From: Diplonema japonicum
Lineage: Eukaryota > Protista > Euglenozoa: Diplonemea
Reading direction: 5' to 3'
NCBI GenBank assembly: GCA_964019335.1
Contig: OZ025666.1
Coordinates: 620,001-684,000 of the forward strand
DNA: 64,000 nucleotides
The translations under genes were made by a program, and so were the position numbers. Positions 36,331 through 48,442 of this stretch are shown one piece after another. The notes beneath the pieces were generated by a model. It was not told the DNA's origin. It saw nothing but the letters and a program-made list of their open reading frames with translations, and did no database searches. The number at the start of each line of letters is the position of its first letter. Position 1 is the first letter of the stretch.

Positions 36331-37394
36331 ATGAGTGTGGATAGTTCATACTCGTATGTGATATTCCTGACCATAGGATACTCTCTCAGTGCAGGGCTGC
36401 TGGTGGTTATAAATAAATGGGCCTTGGTATGGGATTTCGTTGTCTATCTTTTATTCATTCCCATCAGGTACACTATCCGTACGGCGCGAACTTGACAGCG
36501 TTGCAGTTCTCTGTGTCCGCGTTCGTGGCGTGGTTCATAGGGATCTCCGGGATCGACAAGGTCGATGGGTTGGAGACGACGAAGATGTGGCAATTCCTAC
36601 CAGCGGTGGTCATGTTTTACATCAGTGTAGCGTGCAACCTTAAGCTTCTGCAACACGCTAATGTAGACACATACATCGTTGTGAGAGCGTGCGTCCCACT
36701 CCTGACGATGATACTGGACGTGAAGATCATGGGCGCACCTGTCCCGGCCAATAAAACAGTCCTATCCATGCTCATCATCGTGGCTGCTGCTGTGGGCTAT
36801 ATCTACACGGATGAAGGTTTCATGTGGACAGCGTACATCTGGGCCATAGTGTACATGGTGGCGATGGCGATCGACACTATTCTTATCAAGCAGGTTGTCG
36901 AGAATGTGACGTTGTCAAGGTGGGGGCTGGTGTTTTACAACAATTTCATTGCGCTCGCCTTCTTCCCGTTAGGGAGTCTGGCAACGGGGGACCTTACACT
37001 GCCGTTTGGAGGAGGGACACCTGGCCACGATAACATGCATGCTATCACAGTTCTGGCGAGGCCGGAAGTGATGCTCCCGGTTTCCCTGTCGTGCGTTGTT
37101 GGCGTTGCCATCTCTTTCTTCGGGCTGAACACTCGTAAGGCACTCACGCCAACTTCATTCACAGTGCTTGGTGTCGTCAATAAGTTCCTCACCGTTCTCG
37201 TCAATACCATTATTTGGGACAAGCACGCGTCCAGAATGGGAATTTTCTGTGTTGTTGTCACCATCCTCGGCGGGGTACTGTACCAGTACTACATGGGACA
37301 GGACTCCATCACGCAGCGAAGCAAAAAGAACGAGCCGCCCCCTCCAACTGACCCGATTTCGCCATCAAACAGACAAGAAAGCCCGAAGATATGA
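36331..37394 (+). CDS. Nucleotide-sugar transporter (GONST3/GFT1-like GDP-sugar); intron 36427-36467
   Basis: INKWAL|VHYPY..LTALQF, LLQHANVDT, WGLVFYNN, FTVLGVVNKFLTV motifs. Confidence 0.9.
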
Positions 37395-38134
37395 TAATCT
37401 GGGCTTCTTATTTTTTTTTTCCATTTTTTTCCCCCCAATATCCCCCAAAAGAAAAAAAAAAAAAAAAAAAAAAAAAAGTGTTAGAGGGGATGGGGAGAGA
37501 AGGCAATATGTGGTGAACATGCGAAAATGTCTATTTTTTTTTTCCGTATCACAAAAAAAAGAAAAAGTGTTCCCCCCCCCCCCTTTTATTTCTTTTCTCT
37601 CTCTTTTTTTTTTCCAGAATACATATATATATGAGTAAAGAAAGGATTCTAGGCAGAAAAGAAGCGGGAGATGATTTTCTTTTTTTTTTTTCACGTTTTT
37701 CAAAATTGCTTTTTCAGTTTGCTGCCCCAGGTAGATATGAATTAAGGTTTTTGTTTGTTCTTTTTTTGAAAGCCCTTCCGATAAATAAAAAAGGTTCCCC
37801 CCCTCTCCCCCTTTCCCTCTCCCTGTGCGATTTTCTTGTTTTTATTTATTCTCCTCTTCCCTGTTCTTTTACGTTCTCCGGTGTCGGGCAAAATCATTGC
37901 TGTTTTTTTTTTTAAAGTTCAAAGTGAAATGAATTGAGGCGATCTTACTCGTGAACACGGGTTATCACCCCCCCCCCCCCCCCCCCCCCCCACTCTACCC
38001 CCCCTTCTCCCTCCTCCACCCCCTCTCCTATTTCAAAAGGGAGGGGAAAAAGAAAAGGAGAATGTCAAGTCACCTTCTTTAATCAGATTGGGATCCATTT
38101 TTCTTTTTCATTTATTCGTCGGTTCACTCCCGAC

Positions 38135-38980
38135 CATGTGTACCAACGAAGTAGGGCAACGGGAGGCACATGCAGGCACGACACGAACAGGCCTAGAACC
38201 GTGCATGAGGCTCCATGGCATCCTCCCGAGGGAAGCGGCCAAGGAGGACAAGGACAGGCTCGAGAAGACCCAGCGTTACCTGCTGGCTGTGGTGGGGGAA
38301 CGCGACGCAGCCTTGCAGGCAAAGAGGCAGCAGATCTACCGGACACACCAATGGCTGGAGATCACGGAGGGGGAGGCACACCCAGCACCAACAGAGGAGG
38401 AGTTCGCGAGGCTGCAGACCGGCAACACCCTGAAGGAGTACACGAAACCGGTGCTGAAATGGCTCAAGCAGCTGCGCTGGTATGGAGGGAACAGAAGCAC
38501 GGCAGTGTCGACGGTGGAGCTGGCGCTGGATTTCGAAAACGTGACCCAGAAATCCCTTGGAGGGAAGCTAGGGGAGTTGGCAGAGGTGCGACAGAAGGCC
38601 AGGAGACTGCACACGGTGATGAAGAAGGTGTGGAACACATGGGAACTAGGGAGACTGCAGAAGAAGGTGAAAGGAAGGAGGGCCTTCCCTGCTGAACCAT
38701 GCAAGAGAGTACATACGCTGCGATCAATCGGAGGGACGAAGGCGGCGATCGGGTGGAGTAGAAGAGCAATCTTTGCATCAACGAAGACCAAGTACGACCT
38801 GGAGGAGCTGGGGAAGCAATGGGCAAAGGAAAGAAGGGAAAAAGTAGCCAAGCTGGGGAGGAGGCCGGCACGACCACCGAAGAAGGAGAAACCGCTGCTG
38901 AAGGGGGATAGGTGCAGGTAGAGCATGAGAACAAGGGGGCGTCTCACAAAGACTTCCTTTAACTCATATATTTATTTTTA
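38135..38980 (+). mobile_element. 5'-truncated non-LTR retrotransposon (family B): C-terminal ORF fragment plus 3' hairpin and TA-rich tail
   Basis: Purine-rich ORF island (PCMRLHGILP..STVELALDFE) in non-coding DNA; second copy at 49646-49990; tail cctttaactcatatatttattttattatt. No RT domain is present, so the class is inferred. Confidence 0.7.
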
Positions 38981-39120
38981 TTATTATTATTATTTTAGTG
39001 GATGAGAACAGAGGGGGGGGGGGGGGGGGGGGGGATGTCTCAACATATCTTTTTTTAAAGAAGAAAGAAGAACTACGGCCCCGTGTGTGTTTCTTTTAAG
39101 GGACCCATCACACAAAACAA

Positions 39121-39157
<37 letters not shown>

Positions 39158-40262
39158 AGCACGCATTCACCTTTGTATGCTGCCACCTCCTCCAGGTGGT
39201 TGCGAAAGAATTGTTGGCCAACTAAGTGGTCCATCTGCAAAGGGCTGAAAATTGAGCCCCCCCGTACAGGTTTTCATTTTCTTCTGTACTACTTGGTTTC
39301 TCTATTTTTTTATTTTTTTTTTGCAAGAACGAGTCTTGAATTGTCTCAACAAAAAAAAAAAAGAAAAAGAAAGAGAGAGGTACGTTGGCACACCGCTCCT
39401 TTTTTTTTTTCTTTTTCTTTTCTCCCCCCCCCCCCCCCCCCCCGGATTTGGGATTTTACAATATTATTGTCGAGACTAAAAACTAGTTGATGGCAGCGTA
39501 ATAAGCTATTTTATTGGGAGATCCCGCTCGTGCACACAAACAATGAGCGCCAAGCTAGTTTTTTTTTTAAAAGGTTTTGGACCCTTTCACACAAAGGAAA
39601 GAAGAACACTGCGCAAGCGTCAAACTAGTATTTCGACTACTTAACCTTTTAGGCAAGGGTATGCTGGGGTCCTACTTTGTAATAGTTTCAAGTATATCCG
39701 GGTTTTCAACAAGCAAACGACAAAAAAAAAAAAACAAAAAGAAGAAAAAAAAGAGAAGAGAAAAAAAAAAAAGAAAAGAAGCAAAAGTGGACTATCTCCA
39801 CCCCCCCCAGCCCGAAGAAGGAACTAATTTGCAGACGTTCCTGTTCCTCTTTGTAAACGGTAGTGCTCATAAGTGTTTAAAAATAAAAGAAGAAAAAAAG
39901 AAAAAAGAAACAAGGGGAGGGAGGGAGGGGCATGGGGTTTGGTCACGGAGATCATGTTTTATTTTTTCCTATCTACCTGTTGAAGAAAAGAACACTTGTG
40001 GCACACTCAGGGGAGGGGGGTGTTTTTTTAAAAAAAAAGAAAAAAGAAGAAAATGAGAAAAAAGGGGGCGAGATGATAATCTGGTTTTTTTTTTTAAAAA
40101 GAAAAGAAAGAAAAATGGATTTTTCTTTTTATTTCTTTAGCAGAAAAAAAGAAAGGGGAAAAAGAAAAAAAGAAATGCCGGCAGCGCTCAGTATGTGTTG
40201 GGGGAAAGAAAAAGAAGGTTTGCACATACATATACTTGCCCATTCTTCTTTTTTTTTTCCCA

Positions 40263-40388
40263 GGTGGTGGGGATAACATGAAAATATAAGAAAAACATCA
40301 GATGTGTTGTTCGCTCCTCGTCGGTCATCACCGGTAGCGCCCGAGTGGAAGAACATAATGCAGATGCTCAGGGTGACGAACAGGCAGC
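40263..40388 (+). ncRNA. HDV-like ribozyme, degenerate copy (8-nt deletion across P2/P3)
   Basis: P1, L3, P1.1 and P4 retained; gttgacct missing relative to copy 1; J4/2 reads acgaa. Confidence 0.6.
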
Positions 40389-40580
40389 AAACTGCACGAG
40401 CGCAGAGTCTTGGTTACCCGGGACGCACCGGCTGGGGTTGAGCTGTACACCGCACGCATTAAGGACACGACGCGGAACGCAGAAGAAGCTACAACTCGGC
40501 CGCGGCGCGCCCCCTGTAATCAAGTAGACAGTTCTTGTGCAGGGCCGCCAACACCGGCCTCCTTTAACTTATATATATAT
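40263..40580 (+). mobile_element. SINE-like element family A, copy 2
   Basis: Same 5' boundary ca|ggtggtggggataacatg; same body; ends cctttaacttatatatat. Confidence 0.8.
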
Positions 40581-40733
40581 TTTTTTTATCATGCTGTTGC
40601 CAGTACCGTACCCCCCCCCCCCCCCTCTCTCTCTCTCTCCCTTTTTTGTCTTTTCTTTAACATTCACACACTCATGTTTTTCTTCTGTTTTTTATTTTAT
40701 TTTTTTTTGAGAGTGCCGCCATTCATCATCAAA

Positions 40734-41794
40734 ATGACCCACCCAAAGGAAAAACAAAAAACGGGGAGAATAAAAAAAAAGAGAGAATAATAATAAAAGG
40801 GAAAGTCCAACGATTTCTTAACCTACACACATAACGTTGGCGCAAAGGGTAAGGTGGTAAGCGATAAAGATTCTGCCTGCAAAGAATAACAACAACAAAA
40901 AAGAAACCACCAAAAGACATGTATGACCTTGACGAGATAATGGCACAGTATGGTGACGTGGTATGCTGGCACGAAAGAAAAAAAGAAGGGAAAAAAAAAA
41001 AAAGGATGCTGCTGCCACGATAGAAGGTGTGAAGGAACTTGGCGATTCATTACAGGTGGATTTTTTTTCCAAAAGAAAAAAGAAAGGAAAAAAAAAAGAA
41101 AAAAAAGAAACCCCTTTTTCAGTTTAACGTATCCTCGCCCCCCTCATCTGACGATCCTATATCAGCCGATACCCCTCAAACGGTTTGGAGAAAAAAAAAA
41201 AAGATTCAAAATCATATACAGAACGCCACTGAAGAAGATGAAGAAGTGAAGTGGGACCTCCTCCTCCATGCCACCGCTACTTCTGTTCTTGATGATACTG
41301 AAGACGGCGAAGTTCATATCACCCAAGAGCACCATAAGGCAACTGGTAAGGAGTACTCTCTTGATGTAGAGGAGTCCTTCTCTTACCAAGAAAGCTACAC
41401 TTACGGCTACAAAGAGAAAGAGGAGGAGGCCACTGGTGTTGATCACACCCCTGTTAACGGGTACAGAAAGGTGGGCACTAGTTACAATAAGGGGGTGAAG
41501 GGAGCGCTCAAGCCAGTACCCTGTGAGCCCCTCCCTAGCTTTCCGTTAGATGTCCCGTTTGGTGTTTCCCCTGTCTCGCATTCTCACTGCCTTCCCTGGA
41601 GGGTTACTGTCGCCTCTGATGGGTCTTATTACACATACACACCCGAGTACGGGGGGAGCTCACCATCGCGGAGTTATCCGGACTACTCAGGGGCAGTCAA
41701 GAAGCAGCCGTTTTACTCAAAAGCTCATATGGCTCCAGGCCGTCAGTACCACGAGGTACCCGTTACCGTCCCCAGGTACGGGAGGCCATGGTGA
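40734..41794 (+). CDS. Orphan multi-exon gene; introns 40857-40903, 40961-41004, 41056-41122, 41183-41221; start uncertain (40734 or 40919)
   Basis: Removing A-rich GT-AG segments gives continuous GAKGKV|KPPKDMYDLDEIMAQYGDV|DAAATIEGVKELGDSLQ|FNVSS..PQT|NATEE..GRPW*. Confidence 0.65.
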
Positions 41795-44700
41795 CACGGG
41801 GCATGGAATAGCCCCTGTTTTGTGCAATAAAGTGATGACGAACGTTTGGAAAAAAAAAGAAAAAAGGAGGGGGGGGGAAAAAGAAGAAAAAAAAAAGAAG
41901 AAAAAAAAAGAACCCGCGAGGGAAGGAATGAAAGAAGAGCTCGGCCTCAAAAGAAAAAAAAGAAAGAGAAAAAAAAAATAGAACATATGTTTTTTTTTTT
42001 TTTTTGAAAGGCTGCACTTCCTTCATCGCTAAACAGATTTATTTAGTTCCAAAAAAGAGCATTTTTTTTGTTTTTGAAGAATGTTTCCTCCCCCTCCGTT
42101 CAAGTAAGAATATGTGTTATTGATCCCACATTATTTTTCTTTTTTAAAAGGACCCCAAGGGGGGGAACAAAAGGAATACAGAAATATGGAAAAGAAGAAA
42201 AAGAAAATGAAGGTGTATATTGTTGTAAATTGCATTGCTTAGTGCAAACAATTAGCCTCGTCGCTTAGTCGAAGAAAAAAGAAAACGAGAAAAAGACATA
42301 TTTCTTACCTCCCCCCCCCCCCCCCCCTTTTTGAAAAGGAATAGGTTGGGGCTAAGAGGAAGGTGTTCCTAGAACAAGTCTATATTCAGTATCTTTCCCT
42401 TGCCAAGATTTTGTTTTTTACACAGCAAGGGAGCGTGGTGCCTTATTCTCTCTCCTCCTTCTTTTTTTTTTTTCTCAAATTTCTTTTTTTTTTTTGAGCA
42501 AAGAGAGACTTTATATCTTCCTTTTGTTTTTCCTTCCCCTTCCCCCATGTATGAGGAACCAAAGATTTTTTGTAAAAGAGAAAATATATATATTTTTTTT
42601 AAAAAAAAAAAAAAAAAGAAGGAAGAGTATATTAGCCGGAAACTCATGATGGTAAAAAAGAAGAAATACTGCTTTTTTTTCCCCCCCCTTCTTTTTTTCT
42701 TCTTCTTTTCTTCCTCTGGAAGTGGAGGGGGAAAAATAATAAACAAAAAAAGAAAAGGTTGGGGGGGGGGGGGAAAGGAAAGTTACTTGGTATTTAAAAA
42801 AAGAAAGCAAGAGAGACACAAAAAGAAGAAGACCTCCCCTTTCTCCTACTCCCTACCCTCTTCCTTACTGCTCCCCTATTCACGAGTGCTCAGTTATTTT
42901 ACTTTTTTTCTTCTATTCCTCACTTGCAAGCAACACGATGGCATGAGTTGCGTAATTGTTAGAAGAGGAGAAATGAAGGTTGGACGCACTAACCTAAAGC
43001 AGATGGGGAGAGAGACACAGAGTCCATGGCCAAGGGACGGATAGAACAGGTAGGTTTGTAAGGTCGTTACACTTTTTTTTTTTTTGATGATAAGATGGTG
43101 CAGAATCCCTATCCTTTTGTTAAAGAAGTAAACATGATCCCCTCTCCTAAATACCCCCCACCCCTCCCCATTCCCATCTCTTATTCTCTTAAGGTCCAAA
43201 CAAAAAAGAAAAAAAAGAGAAAATGGGAAAACAAGAAAATCTTGAAACAGATAAGACTGTCGAAGTGCGCATGAGTTCATTGAAAAAAGAAGAAAAAGAA
43301 AGGTTTTTTTTTCTCCGGCCCCTACAAGAATAAGAAGAATCTTTTAAAAGATTTTTTTTTTTCTGAAGCTGGAAAACAAACGATATGCAGAGTCCTTTTG
43401 TGATGAAGGATAATGGTACCAACGAATTTTGTAGTTTTATTTATTTTTTTTATATTTTTTAAGGTTTAAGAGCCCCCGGGAAAAAAAGAAGAACATACAA
43501 TCACAAAATAATTTCTCCGAGATATTGATTAAGAATACATGCTGGTAGAGGGTGGGAACAAGAGGGTTGCCTCACAAAGACACCTTTCTTCACGAATTAG
43601 GAGGGGGAAGGTTAATGATGTCGGTTTTTTTTTATTTTTATTTTTTTTATTTTTTTTATTTGCTCCAATGGGAGAGAAAAGCTTTAAAAAAGAAAAGAAA
43701 AAGGAGGGAAACGTAGAAGAAATAAGAAAAGAAGAAGATTAAAAGAAAAAGAAGAAAAAGAAATATACGACGGTTCGCCTCCACCCCACGAATGAGATGG
43801 GCAAAGCGGCTTACCGCCCTGTTGCCCTAGGGGTGCCCTTGAGGGGAAAAGAAAAAGGAAGAAAATGAAAAAGAAATAGAGTAAGAAGTAGGATTCACAG
43901 CCACTTCTTATCCCCAATGCAAGGCAGGCGAGGAGAAGAAGTATAAGCACATGAAATGCTGAATTTTCTTTTTTTTTTTTGTTGCGCTTTTAGCTACAAG
44001 GTCTTAGCGTATTTTTTTCTTTCCTAATAGAGCTTTTTACACCCACCCTTCCCCTCCTTTTTACTTTATATGTTTCTCCGTATCTACACCACAACCCCCC
44101 CCCCCCCCCCCCCCCCCCCCTTGCTCCTTTTATTTCCTTGTCTTTCATGTTTTCCTTTTCTTTTTTCTTCTTCTTATTTTTTTATTTTATTTTTTTCCCT
44201 TCTTCCCAGCACCGATAGCCTACAGAGCCCTTCTTTTTTTTTTTTCCAAAAGATGTTTTTTTTTTTATTCACAACAACACTCAAGATACCCACACTGCTC
44301 TTATGTGGCCTGTGGGCCAGTGCAGAAGCAGAAGGAAAAAGAAAATGAAAAAGAAGAAAAAGAAAGAAAGCAAAAAGAAGAATGGGGAAGAAAAAGGAGC
44401 ACCCCCCCCCCCCTTAATGTTGACACCCCTACGTAACCACCTACCGTAACCCCCCCATTTTCTTTGGCCCTTAAAAAAGATGTGATTCGGATAAGTGACT
44501 AGCCTTTTGTGTCAGGTATTGGAAGGAACAGCGAGGGGAGAATGCCCTGTTCAGGCACACTTGTACAAAAAAAGAAATAGGTACAAAAGTGTGGGTGATC
44601 AAGTTTTTTTTTCTTTTTCGAAACGCAAAGGCTATTTCTTCATTCATTGTTTCCATCTTTTTTTTTCTTAAGGGGGGGGGTTTTTTTTAAAGGCTATTGT

Positions 44701-44883
44701 CTTTCCATTTTTTTATTACCACCCCCTCCTATTCTCCCCAGCGTTTTTTTTTTCTTCTTCTTTTTTTTTCTTCAAAAGACATCTTTTTCTCTTTCCGCTT
44801 GCCTTTTTTTTTTTTATTCTCTTTTTTTTCTATCCACCCAATTGTTTCAAAAGTTATTATAAAAAAAAAAAAAAAAAAAAAAA

Positions 44884-45691
44884 ATGACCGGTGGTGGAAT
44901 CCAGTGGCCCGTCGGCGGCAAGGTGAACCAGGCCGTGGAGCTCGAGAGGACTGAAGAACTCGACGAGCAGCAGGTCAGGGAGACAGAACTCTCCAGCGGA
45001 GCGAGCGAAGAAGTCAGCGACAGCGACGAAGAAAGCCCCTCCATGAGGGGCCTCTTACCCACGCACAAGGCGCATAGAGAAAAGAAGGTGGTGGTCGTCC
45101 TGGACTTGGACGAAACGTTGGTGAGGTTCAGGGAAGGACCGGTGTTCTGGAGGCCATGCTTCGAGGCACTTCTTGACGAGATCAAGCATGTCTGCGAGGT
45201 GGTGCTGTGGACTGCTTCGACAGAACGCTGTGCCTCGCGTATCATGCCCACACTTGACCCGTTGGGCGACCGTCTTCACCATCACATCTACCGCAGCGAT
45301 CTGTGGTTCACAGGTGTGCCCTACACGAAGGACCTCACGCTCCTCGGGCGTGACATGAGCAAGGTGCTGATCATCGAGAACACCCCGCAGTGTGTGTTCA
45401 AGAACCCCTCCAACGCCATAATTGTGGAGGACTACATTGTGCCCAACAACGCGGACCGCCACCTGCATGTTGTGAAGGACATCATCCTTGAGATGGCCAA
45501 GCATGATGACCTCCACGTGCCCACCTTCCTCCACTCCTCTCCCCTTGTCGACACTGTCCCAGGTACTGACTCGCAGGGATTCCCCATGAACTTCCATCTA
45601 CCTTCGTATGTTTTTTTTTTTTTTTTTTTTTTTTTTTGTATTTTATGCACACAGGACATCTTACATGAGTTCTTTGAACACCGACTGCTGA
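44884..45691 (+). CDS. NIF/CTD small phosphatase-like HAD phosphatase; intron 45606-45654
   Basis: VVLDLDETLV, RP, LWTAS, YTKDL..LGRD...IIEN motifs; splicing removes the poly-T run and ends ..NTDC*. Confidence 0.9.
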
Positions 45692-48442
45692 GGAATAGGA
45701 AAAAAAAAAAAAAAATAGAAAAGAGGAAGGAATGAATTGAAAGAAATTTAAAGAAAAGAAGAAGAAAAGAAAGAACAGGGGGGTGGGGGACTGGGGGATA
45801 GCACCTTCCCCCTACTATGTCTTGTTCGTGAATTTTTTTCCCCCTTTGTTTTTGTTTTTTTTGTTTTGTTTTTATTTATAGGAGGGAGAAAACAGTGGGG
45901 GGAGAAGAATGAAAGGGTGCATATGGGGTGGGGCAAAAAAAAAGTAAAAAAAGGCAAGCTTTTTATCTCGGCGAGGGGAATGGGGGCGAAAAGAAAGTGA
46001 AACGGGAAAAAAAAAAAGATTCAGATCTTTTGTTCTTTTTACTTTTTTGCCTACAGAGCCCTCTACCCCTTTCCTTTCCATGTTTCAAAGAAAGACCGGA
46101 GGGAATCTGTCGCACTGAAAAGCAGCACTTTTATTTTTTTTCTCTTTTTTTTTTCCTCCCCCCTGTTCTTTCCCCCTGCCTCTTTTTTTCCTGCTTTTTC
46201 TCTCTCCTTTCCTCAGCTCCCCCCCACCCAATCTTGTTATCTACTATTTTTATTTCTCTATTTTTTTTTTTTACCGGAAAGATGAGAGGAAAGAAGTTTT
46301 TTTTAAAAAAAAGAAGGGGGTGCGAGGGGGAGGGAGGGAATTTCATTGTCCCCTCCTCATTTCCCCCCCTACTTCCTCAATTGCTTTCGTTGCCGTTTTC
46401 CTTCTTTCAAACTAGGACTGTTTCCTTTGGCTTCTTCTTTTTTTTTTTTAAAAAAAAGAGGACCAACTGTTAGTCACCCCTGTATGTGTCACTTGTAGTC
46501 GCTTACTCCTTTATGCCATCCATGACTATACAACCAAAAAGAAGAAGAAAAGAAAAAAGAAAAAAAGAAAAACTGACAGAGGATTATCATATCCAAAAAA
46601 GAAGAAAAAGAAGAATTCGATTGGGGGGAGATAAAATAAAGCGTAAATGCACTATAAAAGGAAGCAGAACCCACCGAATTCATCAGATATGTGACAAAGA
46701 CCCATAAAATTGACCATAATGTGTTTTGTAACTACTTTAAAGTGACCATTTTTTGCAGAGGGGATGAAGAAGACAGAGAGAGGGTAATATGGTGGCAACA
46801 CGACTCTTTTCTTTAAAAAAGAAAAAAAAAAAAAAAAAAGAACTGATGTCCACCTTAAGTAAAGAAAAGGTTTTTGGAAACTTTTTCCCGTTTCATATTA
46901 ATGTCCAGGATTTTCGGTAACCGGTTGTTTTTCTTTTCTTTTTTTTTTTTATATTGTATTGCATTCCCCACGTTTCCTGTACTCAATGTACCCCTGTACC
47001 TTTTTCCAGGGAGTCTTCCCCCCCCCCTTTTTTTTTAAAAAGTTTTTTTTTTGAACATTGCGAGAGAGTATCCTTGTCGAGAAGGATATAAAGGTGAAAG
47101 TGGGAAAAGGAGAAATAATTTAAAAAAAAAGAAGAAATGAATTACACAAAAGAAACAGATCGATCACCTCACACAAAAATGAAGAAAAGGTTTTTTTTTT
47201 GTTTAAGGAGAAAAAAAGAAAGAAATAAAAGAAAAGAAAAGAAAGGAAGGGAAGGGAAAAAAAAAAGAGAGAAAGCGGGAGGGGGGGCTAATGGCCTTTT
47301 TTTATTCTTCTTTATTTTTTTGTCCTTTTTTTTTCTTGTGTTTTTTTTTTTTTTTTTTTACAGCAAAGCAAAAGAAAGAAAGAAGAAAGAAGATGAAGGC
47401 CACCCTCCCCTCACCTTTCCCTACTTTTTTTTTGTGCTGAGAACAAAGAAAAAAGAAGAAAACACTATGGTCGTAAGTGAATTGTCTATTACCTAGTACG
47501 GCTTTTACCTGCTATGGGACGGTCCTGCTACGTTCTAGACACAATTTCTCCAATTTTTTTTATTGTTGGAGGTGCATGTATCCTTTGAATACTATTCTTT
47601 TTCTTACCCTCTTTAAAAAAAGAAGAACAAAAAAAAAGGAAAATCTGACCTTCTTTTTCTTTTTCTTTTTCTTTTTCTTTTTCTTTTTCTTTTTCTTTTT
47701 TTTTTTTTTTTTTTTCATTGTTCAAATCCTTCCATCTCCATGGTGCGCTTTGGGGAAAAAGAAGAAAGAAAAAAAAAGGTTCCTTTTTGGTTTTGTTTTG
47801 TTTTTATTTTTCTCCTTTTTTTTTTTTTTTTCTTTTTTTGCGTACCTTCCGCTTTCTAAAGAAAGGAAGGGGAAGAGAGGTGGCTGACCAGCCTACACAA
47901 ACAGTCAGTCGACCCTTTTAGCGGAAAGGAAAACACAAGGGAGACGGGGAGAAGCACAAAAGAGGGCTAGTCCTATAAAGACCGGTGCTTTTGATTTTTT
48001 TTTTTCCCCCCTCTCTTTTATATCTTCCTGTCTAAGTGCGTAAAGAAGGAAGAGCGAAAAAAAGAAAAAAATCAGAAACTTCCATATTTTTTTCTCTCGC
48101 AGGGTTTGCTGTAGGTAGCTAAGGACAGGTACCTACGACATTCCCTTTCACCGTCTGCCTGCCTCTGGCAGCTCACTATGCAGTACAAAGTGCCATGTTT
48201 TGTTCAGGAGGGTAGCAGCAGATTTTCCTTTCTTTTTTTTTTGTCCCCCTCCCCTTGCCCCGTCTCCCTGCATCCCCGTGCCTCGATGCTGTAGAAGCTC
48301 CGACGGTGGGGGGAACATTAAGAATCTAGGAATAGTGTGTTCATTCTTTTTTAAAGTTTTTTATTAGTGTTTTTTTTTTTTTCTTCTTTTTTTCTCCCAC
48401 CAAAACATCGTATGACAAAGAACACTTTTTTTTTTTTTTTTT

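Noticed and set aside
40788-40796. In-frame TAA TAA TAA as evidence for stop-codon reassignment
   Set aside because: TAA, TAG and TGA all terminate genes in this window, and other apparent breaks are explained by introns
40790-40850. ggaaagtcc..acataacgttggc resembling RNase P CR-I/CR-V
   Set aside because: The motifs are only ~20 nt apart, far too close, and the region reads as an exon
41830-43430. tgatga box C-like motifs
   Set aside because: No suitably placed CTGA box D or terminal stems found
41800-47900. Numerous K/F-rich ORFs in non-coding blocks
   Set aside because: Translations of poly-A/poly-T tracts
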